From: Planctomycetota bacterium
Lineage (GTDB): Bacteria; Planctomycetota; SZUA-567; H5-PLA8
Reading direction: 5' to 3'
Length of the DNA stretch: 64,000 bases
Assembly (NCBI GenBank): GCA_038227875.1
Contig: JBBRPR010000044.1
Coordinates: 1 to 64,000 of the forward strand
This document shows positions 56,982 through 64,000 of this stretch, in pieces; within the stretch, counting starts at the first letter, position 1; each line of letters starts with the position of its first letter. A program made the translations under genes and the position numbers. Under the pieces are notes generated by a model. It made no database searches. It saw nothing but the letters and a program-made list of their open reading frames with translations, and was not told the DNA's origin.

Positions 56982-59237
56982 TCAGCGCCGTGCCACAGTC
57001 TGGCGCACCGTCAATTCCTGGAGCTGCTTGATGTAGTCGCGGACGCGCGGGTATTCCGGCGCGACGCTGAGGATGTTCTGATATTCCTTCAGCGCCTTCG
57101 TGTAGTAATCGTTCTGATGCGTCTGCGATCCGGCGTACCAGTAGGCCATCGCCAGCGCGTCGCGGTATTTCAAATTGCTGGGCTGACCCTTCAACGCCTG
57201 CTCCAGTTCGAACGATTCGCCGACGAAATCCTTCATCAGCTTGTTGAAGACGGCGACCTGCGCATGGCAATCGGGCCAGAGTTGCGGGTCGAGCTCCGCC
57301 GCGCGGCGCGTGGACTGCATCGCCAGGTCCAGTTTCGCGTTGTCGATCCGGTCCGGATTTTCGAGTGCTTCACGGCCCAGGCACGAGCCCAGATACAGCT
57401 GCGCGCGCGCATTTTTCGGATCGGCGGACGCCGCGTCGCGGAACAGTTTCTCCGCCGCGATCCAGCGGTCGTGATCCTTGATCGACTTGTCCGTCAACAC
57501 CGCCGTGCCCTTGGCGACCAGCGTATTGGAATCCTTGGGCGTCATGAACCAGCGCAGCGCAGCCAGCGCCACCATGAAGACCGCAGCCGTGGCCAGCAGC
57601 GCCGTGATCGCGCGGCGGTTGCGGATGGCAGCGGCGACAAACTGCTGCACCTTCGGTTGCGTCGCGTTCTCGAGCGGCTCGCCATTGAGGAACCGCGCGA
57701 TGTCCATGGCCATGGCGCGCGCATTGGCGTAGCGGCGTTCGGGTGATTTCTCGAGGCAGCGCATGACGATGGTGTTGACGTCCTGCGGCACTTTCAGATT
57801 GATCGAGCGCAGCGGCGCGGGCTGGTTCTTGGTGATCTTGAGCATCAAGCGCAGCGCGTTCTCGGCCTGAAACGGAGGCCGCGACGCCAGCATTTCATAG
57901 AGCACCGCGCCCAGCGCCCAGACATCGGAGCGCGGATCGACGGCCTTGCCATCGCCGCGCGCCTGTTCGGGAGCCATGTACGCCGGCGTGCCGCAGACTA
58001 AACCCGATGCGGTCAGGCGCGTGATTTCGTCTAATGACTTGACCAGTCCGAAGTCGGCGACTTTCGGCGAACCAAATTCATCCAGCAGGATGTTGCCGGG
58101 CTTCAGATCGCGGTGAACGTAGCCGGCTTCGTGCAGCGCGCCGATGGTTTCGGCGATCGATTTCATCAGCACGAGACAGTCGTTGACGGAGAGCGTTTTT
58201 TCAGGAACGATCTTGTCCAGCGAGCGGCCCTTGACCAGTTCCATCGCCATGTACGGACGCTGTTCGAGTTCTCCGACGGCATAGACTTGGACCATGCCCG
58301 GCAGCGAGAGCGCCTTGGCTGTTTCGCATTCGTGGCGGAAGCGTTCGCGTTCGGCTTCGCCGGCTTCTTCGCCGTCGAGCAGCACCTTCAGCGCGACCTG
58401 CCGGCCGCCCTCGCGTTCGCGCGCTTTGAAGACCGCGCCCACGCCGCCGCGCGCGATTTCACCTTCTATGTCATACGGGCCGAAGCTGCCCTCCAGCAGC
58501 GGACGGCGGTTCTTCTTCTTCACGTCCGGCGGGCGGTCGACCTTCGCCGGCGGCATCGGTTTTTCCACGACCACGGGCGCTGGAGCGGGCTCCGGCTCGG
58601 CCTTCTGCTCCACAACCGGATCGGTGGTGTCGTGCGCGGCCTCGGAAGTCTGCGGGTCCGCCTTTTCGTCGGTCGGAGCGCCTTGAACTTGCGCCGCGGC
58701 CGCGTTGACGATCTGCAGATTCGGAATCGGCGCGATCGGCGGCGGCGTGGGGACGCCGATGGTTTCAGGAATCATCACCGCGACATCGCCCTCGGCTTCG
58801 CTTTCAGCCAATGCGGTGGCGCTGCCCTGCCGCTGCGCGGCGAGCGGATGCGAGACGATCAACTTGCGGCGCGGCAGCGGAGCCAGTTCGCTTTCGCGCA
58901 CGGCGGCTCGGCGGACGCCTTGGGCGTTGCCGTTGCCATTGCCTGTCGCGTGACTGTGCCCATGGCCATGGGTGCCGTCGTCGGTCTCTGCCATGAAGGG
59001 CAACCCGCCGGTGCGGGTGGAATCGTGAGCGGGCGGAGGAAAGGCGGAGTATTTTGAAGGCTCGGCGGCGCCGGGCGCGGAGGCCGGGCGTTTTTCGCCC
59101 TTTGCAAAGTCATCTTTCGAGAGGAACGCCGCGGCATTGAATGCCACACCGCACGCCACGCAATTGAGCGCGAAGTTCACCTTCGAAATATTGGCATCAA
59201 AGCCAGTACGGCACACCGGACAAACGACACGCGGCAT
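56982..59237 (-). CDS. Hanks-type Ser/Thr protein kinase with an N-terminal zinc ribbon, TM helix and TPR region
   Basis: CPVC..CVAC, ARGGVG.V, VALK, HRDLKPGN, DFG, GTP.YMAPEQ, DVWALG, TM, TPR-like helices. Confidence 0.95.
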   Translation of the reverse strand: MPRVVCPVCRTGFDANISKVNFALNCVACGVAFNAAAFLSKDDFAKGEKRPASAPGAAEPSKYSAFPPPAHDSTRTGGLPFMAETDDGTHGHGHSHATGNGNGNAQGVRRAAVRESELAPLPRRKLIVSHPLAAQRQGSATALAESEAEGDVAVMIPETIGVPTPPPIAPIPNLQIVNAAAAQVQGAPTDEKADPQTSEAAHDTTDPVVEQKAEPEPAPAPVVVEKPMPPAKVDRPPDVKKKNRRPLLEGSFGPYDIEGEIARGGVGAVFKAREREGGRQVALKVLLDGEEAGEAERERFRHECETAKALSLPGMVQVYAVGELEQRPYMAMELVKGRSLDKIVPEKTLSVNDCLVLMKSIAETIGALHEAGYVHRDLKPGNILLDEFGSPKVADFGLVKSLDEITRLTASGLVCGTPAYMAPEQARGDGKAVDPRSDVWALGAVLYEMLASRPPFQAENALRLMLKITKNQPAPLRSINLKVPQDVNTIVMRCLEKSPERRYANARAMAMDIARFLNGEPLENATQPKVQQFVAAAIRNRRAITALLATAAVFMVALAALRWFMTPKDSNTLVAKGTAVLTDKSIKDHDRWIAAEKLFRDAASADPKNARAQLYLGSCLGREALENPDRIDNAKLDLAMQSTRRAAELDPQLWPDCHAQVAVFNKLMKDFVGESFELEQALKGQPSNLKYRDALAMAYWYAGSQTHQNDYYTKALKEYQNILSVAPEYPRVRDYIKQLQELTVRQTVARR

Positions 59238-59616
59238 AATTGCTCGCCCCCACCCCTCGACGGACCCCTAAAAGGGCCATAAACGTGATCGGCAGTTTTG
59301 GCGGCGACCTTTAAGGGGGAGATTGGATAAGTGGGAGATTGGACTTCGATTCCTGAGCGTGAGGCCTTCCCCGCTTTCCCAGTCCAGTCCGGCTAAAAGT
59401 AGTCGTTAACAGCACGCGCTACGCTAGCGAAGCGAACCGACTACATTTCGTCGGACAAAATGTGCAATGCGTGGATGGCGTCTCCGCCGAGATGACCTTG
59501 TATTGGTATAAACGTCCTATAATGTGAGTCCGCCCATTTCCACGGAATACCCGACCGCGCTGGCCACGTTCATACATGTGCACACTTGCAGTCCCAAGCC
59601 CTTTCAGGAGTCCAAA

Positions 59617-60510
59617 ATGCTCAGACGGTTGGTGTCCTCCCTCGCGGTACTTGCCGTCGTCGGCGCCATGTCGATACAGGCGCATGAGATCTGGACCGAA
59701 AATTATGCCGAAGCCAAGGTCAGCGCCGAAAAGGACAGCAAGGACCTGCTGCTGGAATTCACCGGCTCCGACTGGTGCCCTTACTGCGTGAAGCTGCGCC
59801 ACGAAGTCTTCGACACCTCGGATTTCAAATCCAAGGCGCCGAAGGAATTCGTGCTCGTCGAACTCGATTTTCCGCAGACCAAGAAACAGGCCGACGCAAC
59901 CAAGGCACAGAATCAGGAGCTGCAGGAAAAGTACGGCATCGATGGCTTCCCCACCGTGCTGCTCACCGATCCCGCCGGCGTCCCCTACGCGAAGCTCGGC
60001 TACGGACCCGACACCGCGTCGATGACCGATCACATGATCAGCCTGCGCAAACGCAAAGCGACACGCGACGACCTCTTCAGCCGCGCCAAGCTCGCCACCG
60101 GAGCCGAGAAAGCCCGCCTGCTCGACCAAGCCATCACCGGCCTGGGCAAGGATGAATTCGTGGCGCGCTTCGACGACGTGCTCGACCAGATCGTCACCGC
60201 CGATTCCGAAAACAAGGCCGGCCTGAAAGCCAAGTACGGCACGCGCGTGGAACTGCGTCCCGTGATCAAGATGGCCGAGTCCGGCGACGTCGACGGCGCC
60301 ATCGGCAAGCTCGACGCCGTACTGAAAGAGAAAGACGCCCCCGCTGTGCGCAAGCAGGAAGTGCTCTACATGAAGGCGATTCTGCTGCAGTTCAAGAGCG
60401 ACAAGGACGGCTCCATCGCGAGCCTGAAGGAAGCCTACAAGCTCGACCAGAACAGCGACCGCGGCAAGGAAATCGGCGAGATCCTGAAGGAAATCGAGAA
60501 GGGCAACTGA
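59617..60510 (+). CDS. Secreted thioredoxin-family protein with a C-terminal helical/TPR region
   Basis: AGGAG RBS, signal peptide, FTGSDWCPYC, LVELDFP, GFPT cis-Pro loop. Confidence 0.92.
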   Translation: MLRRLVSSLAVLAVVGAMSIQAHEIWTENYAEAKVSAEKDSKDLLLEFTGSDWCPYCVKLRHEVFDTSDFKSKAPKEFVLVELDFPQTKKQADATKAQNQELQEKYGIDGFPTVLLTDPAGVPYAKLGYGPDTASMTDHMISLRKRKATRDDLFSRAKLATGAEKARLLDQAITGLGKDEFVARFDDVLDQIVTADSENKAGLKAKYGTRVELRPVIKMAESGDVDGAIGKLDAVLKEKDAPAVRKQEVLYMKAILLQFKSDKDGSIASLKEAYKLDQNSDRGKEIGEILKEIEKGN

Positions 60511-60536
60511 CCGGCAGTTCACGAATATTCCTAATT

Positions 60537-60576
60537 ACAATCGGCTCGTCGCACACGCGACGAGCCGATTGTTTTT
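60537..60576 (+). terminator. Rho-independent terminator
   Basis: 16-bp stem ACAATCGGCTCGTCGC/GCGACGAGCCGATTGT followed by a T-run. Confidence 0.85.
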
Positions 60577-60724
60577 GGTGTAATACAAATCGTGATCTAC
60601 GCCGTTCCTATACGTGCGTGAAATTAGTATCGTTACACCTAATAAATGGCCTCCGCATTGGTAGTAATCCATAGCAGCAGCCCCTATTCCGAATTTGCGG
60701 CGCTGCACTGCGGAGAAATCCATC

Positions 60725-61165
60725 ATGAACATCACGCGTGTAGCCGTTCTCTTCACTGGTCTGTCCCTGATCGCATCCGGCGCCCACGCCGACGATCCGG
60801 CCACGCCGGCAACCCAGACGGGCACGCATCCCGGTCACCCGCTCGTGCGGCTGATTCTCGCTCACGAACAAGAGCTGAAGTTGACCGCCGATCAGGTCAC
60901 CAGACTGACCGCGCTGGAAGAAACGCCCGTCAAACCGCATCCGCATCTGGACGCTAAAAAAGCCAGCGCCACAACTGGAGCTGGCACTGGAACCGGGACC
61001 GCCACGCCGACGCAGCCCCATCACGAATTGCCGGCGAAGATCAAAGCGATCCTGACGCCCGATCAGCAGGCCGAAGTGCTGAAGCTGATCGAAGCACATC
61101 ACCACGGCCACGGCAACCATGGCAAACACGCCGGAGCCACGCGAAGTGGAACGGCCACCAAGTAA
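60725..61165 (+). CDS. Spy/CpxP-like (LTXXQ) periplasmic protein, His-rich
   Basis: Signal peptide, LKLTADQ and ILTPDQ motifs, HHHGHGNHGKH tail. Confidence 0.75.
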   Translation: MNITRVAVLFTGLSLIASGAHADDPATPATQTGTHPGHPLVRLILAHEQELKLTADQVTRLTALEETPVKPHPHLDAKKASATTGAGTGTGTATPTQPHHELPAKIKAILTPDQQAEVLKLIEAHHHGHGNHGKHAGATRSGTATK

Positions 61166-61234
61166 AGAGTCGTCCGCCAAATTCGGGCGAGCGTAATTGT
61201 CGGCGGACGAAAAATCAGTACGCTTGTCGGCCCT

Positions 61235-62491
61235 ATGGACAATGCAACGCCCTCCCCCACTCCGCCGGCTCCGCCCGCGCTGCTGAAAACGCGCCTCTCC
61301 GTGCAGATGTTCCTCCAGTTTGCCATCTGGGGCGCGTGGGCGCCGGTGCTCGGAAAGCATCTCGGCAACCTCAATTTCATGCCCGCGCAAGTCAACGGCG
61401 TTTACGGCGCCGGGACGCTGGCGACGATGATTTCGCCGCTGATCGCCGGGCAGATCGCCGACCGCTGGTTTCCCACGCAGTGGTTCCTGGCGCTCAGTTA
61501 TCTGCTGACGGGAATTCTCTTCTTCATCGCGCGCACGTCCGCCGATTACTCGCAACTGTGGTGGCTGGGCTTCGGCACGATGCTCTTCTTCGGGCCCACT
61601 TTAGGCCTGGCCAACTCGATGTGCTTCCATCACCTCTCCGATGCCCGCCGCGATTTTCCGGCCATCCGCTCGTGGGGCACGATCGGCTGGATCGCCTCCA
61701 GCGGCGCGCTCTCCGCGTGGATGAAACTGACCGGCCGCGACATCGGCGATTGCCTGACCTTCGCCGCCGTGTTTTCGATCATCAACGCGCTCTATTCGGC
61801 CACGCTCCCCGCCACGCCGCCCCGGCGCGAAACGCGTGAAGCGTTCGCGGTTGGCAAAGTGCTGGCGATGCTCAAGGATCCCTCGTTTGCCGTCTTCAGT
61901 TTCCTCGCGTTCGCGCTGATGGTCTTCGCCTCATTCTATTATTTCATGACCGCCAATTTCCTCCCCACGATCGGCATCAGCGATTCCGATTTACCGCTGG
62001 TGCTCTTGACCGGACAGGTCATGGAAATCCTGACCATTTTCCTGCTGCCCATGGCGATGAAAAAACTCGGCTCGAAGACCACCATCGCGTTGGGCCTCGG
62101 CGCATGGGCCCTGCGCTTTTTCATCTTCGGATTGGGCAAGCCCACCGCGCTGGTCGTGGCCTCGCAGAGCATCCATGGCGTGGCCTTCGCCTTCGCGATT
62201 GCCGGCGCGATGATCTACGCCGAACGCATCTGCGCCCCGGACGTCCGCGGCAGCATGCAGAGTTTCCTCTCGTGGCTGACCTACGGTCTGGGCATGTACG
62301 CCGGCTCCTACCTTGGCGGCGCCGTCGGCCAACACTATTCGCACCTCGACCCGGCGACGCAGGCTGCTGTTCGCGATTGGCCGCCGATCTGGAACGTCGC
62401 GGCCATCGGCTGCACCGCCGTGATGGTGCTCTTCCTGATCGGCTTCCGAGCCCGCGATACACAAGTGGCGGAAGTGACGCGGATCGAATAG
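61235..62491 (+). CDS. MFS transporter, nucleoside:H+ symporter (NupG/XapB-like) family
   Basis: MFLQFAIWGAW, G.IADR.F, F.AIR.WGTIGWI, GQ..EI, HG..F; about 12 TM helices. Confidence 0.92.
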   Translation: MDNATPSPTPPAPPALLKTRLSVQMFLQFAIWGAWAPVLGKHLGNLNFMPAQVNGVYGAGTLATMISPLIAGQIADRWFPTQWFLALSYLLTGILFFIARTSADYSQLWWLGFGTMLFFGPTLGLANSMCFHHLSDARRDFPAIRSWGTIGWIASSGALSAWMKLTGRDIGDCLTFAAVFSIINALYSATLPATPPRRETREAFAVGKVLAMLKDPSFAVFSFLAFALMVFASFYYFMTANFLPTIGISDSDLPLVLLTGQVMEILTIFLLPMAMKKLGSKTTIALGLGAWALRFFIFGLGKPTALVVASQSIHGVAFAFAIAGAMIYAERICAPDVRGSMQSFLSWLTYGLGMYAGSYLGGAVGQHYSHLDPATQAAVRDWPPIWNVAAIGCTAVMVLFLIGFRARDTQVAEVTRIE

Positions 62492-62729
62492 CAACGGTCG
62501 CCATCCCTACTGTTCATGCAAGGTACTAAGCGTGCAAAATGCAACTGCACGTCTTCGCAATTGCCAATTCCCAAATCTGAATTCGACATTCCCAGCCGTC
62601 GGAGTCGCCGCACTCCCCGTTCGTAGCTGTACGGTCGTTTTCTACGCGGCACAAGCCTTGCGCAACATTGTTGGACACATATCCACACGCGCAGCAACTG
62701 GTTAAATTCAATCAGGAAAGGAGACTGCC

Positions 62730-64000
62730 ATGAAGTTCACGCTCTGCGCAGTCCTGATTCTGAGCTGCGTCGTGATACAGAATCATGCACTCGGCAGTGA
62801 AGATCCTTTCGACGACTTGGATCATCCCACCAAGGAAAAGGCGAAAAGCAACGACCCCTTCGATGATCTCGATCACCCCGGAAACAAGGACGATCCGTTC
62901 GCGGACATCGACGGCGCAACCAAGCCCAAACCGGCGGCGCCGGCAAAGTCCACAAAGAAAGTGGCAGACGATAAGGATCTCTTCTGGCATCTGTTTCACG
63001 ACAATTTCACATACAAAAAGGAGCTCTATTTTCAGCTCTCGTACAGTTCCGAAAAATCCAAAACGAAAGATGAATTAATTGAGACGATCTACAGCCGCGA
63101 ATCTGTCGGTTACGAAATTCTCAAGAAGTTCACGACCGAAACCTCCACCGTCGCCGCGTTCGACATGCAGGGACGGATGGTCCGGCGCGATCATTTCATC
63201 GAAACGCCCAACGATACCGAGGGTAAAAACCGCAACGGCTGGTTCTTCGAATTTCACAATTTGTATTGGGATTTATACAATATCTTTAATCCCTTTATTG
63301 ATGACAAAACCCGCGGCGACAATGTCGGCCGCTTCAATTTCCGCGCCGGCCATTTCTATCTTCCATTTGGATTAAATCTCCAGACCGACACGCACGGCAC
63401 GCTGCTGCAATTGTCCAACGACCGCAATTTCGGCTTCGAACGCGACTGGTACGCCGGCCTGTGGGGCTCGATCAACGCGGACGTCAACTACGACGTCTAT
63501 TACCTGCTCGGCTCCGGCTACAACATCGCCTTCGACGGCCAGCACGGCATGCTCGGTTCGCGCTTCAGCCTGTCCAACAAATACCGCCTGGAGTACGGCA
63601 TCGAAGGCGGCATCTCGGTGATGAGCGGACAACGCTCCTCGAAGGAAGGCGTCGAACGCAGCCCGTCCGTCGCCGTCCACGCTGGTCCCGATCACATCAT
63701 CAACACCGAACGCTACGGCCTCGATTGGCGCTACACGCGGCTGGTTCCGTCGGGCTCCGTCGCCTTCTCCACCGAATTGAGCGCCGGACACGACGACAGC
63801 GACGCGGTCTTCACGCAATTGCATCAGATCGACTACCTGACCGTCCGCCGCCAGTGGGGCCTGAGCACCCAGTACCGCCGCTTCTGGCAGGACATCGGCC
63901 ACGGCAACATGGCTTCGGCCGACGTTCACAATCACAAGGCCGACACGTCGATCATCGGCGAATTCACGTGGTACTTCCGCAACGACATAGGCAATTCCAA
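62730..64000 (+). CDS. Outer-membrane beta-barrel/porin-like protein; runs off the right window edge
   Basis: Not in the ORF track. AAGGAG RBS, MKFTLCAVLIL signal peptide, open frame to the end, RAGHFYLPFGL motif and alternating aromatic beta-strands. Confidence 0.75.
   Translation, partial: MKFTLCAVLILSCVVIQNHALGSEDPFDDLDHPTKEKAKSNDPFDDLDHPGNKDDPFADIDGATKPKPAAPAKSTKKVADDKDLFWHLFHDNFTYKKELYFQLSYSSEKSKTKDELIETIYSRESVGYEILKKFTTETSTVAAFDMQGRMVRRDHFIETPNDTEGKNRNGWFFEFHNLYWDLYNIFNPFIDDKTRGDNVGRFNFRAGHFYLPFGLNLQTDTHGTLLQLSNDRNFGFERDWYAGLWGSINADVNYDVYYLLGSGYNIAFDGQHGMLGSRFSLSNKYRLEYGIEGGISVMSGQRSSKEGVERSPSVAVHAGPDHIINTERYGLDWRYTRLVPSGSVAFSTELSAGHDDSDAVFTQLHQIDYLTVRRQWGLSTQYRRFWQDIGHGNMASADVHNHKADTSIIGEFTWYFRNDIGNS

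Noticed and set aside
61170..61210. TCGTCCGCC...GGCGGACGA hairpin as a member of the 26-bp palindrome family
   Set aside because: It has different ends and a long loop; more likely an ordinary intergenic stem-loop.

Overview
GC-rich bacterial DNA, most likely from an uncultured Planctomycetota/PVC lineage. This is inferred from an ECF-WD40 fusion, prepilin cassettes, a URO-D-like protein and PKD/Ig-rich secreted enzymes. No rRNA, tRNA or CRISPR array is evident. 1-16.5 kb looks like a decaying accessory region: the end of an IS1182/IS5-like element, an AraC regulator, a PepSY/two-component trio, a URO-D-like gene, an HD-GYP-type pseudogene broken by a CTAG duplication, a 104-bp MITE, pstSCAB, two degenerate receiver genes and an ECF-WD40 sigma factor. 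16.5-26 kb is a glycan-degradation locus (beta-helix protein, DUF4091/GH123-like protein, AraC, GH30 with Ig repeats and PKD). 26-36 kb holds two GspF/PilC paralogs and two separate pseudopilin/minor-pilin cassettes, with no ATPase or secretin in the window. 36-64 kb is mixed: DinB, an ECF sigma factor with a secretin-N-domain membrane partner, two large beta-helix proteins, a GntR regulator with two Gfo/Idh/MocA oxidoreductases, a serpin, a DUF4388 regulator, a Ser/Thr kinase, a thioredoxin, a Spy-like protein, an MFS permease and a porin-like gene cut by the window end. Most notable signals: (i) about 10 intergenic 25-27 bp ACC-N20-GGT palindromes with fixed ends and length but different, self-complementary interiors, often in tandem; (ii) candidate C-terminal sorting domains on secreted glycan enzymes next to modular pilin cassettes; (iii) an anti-sigma-like protein carrying secretin N-domain repeats. 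All product calls come from motif recognition by eye, not database searches. Several single-base frameshifts may be assembly errors.
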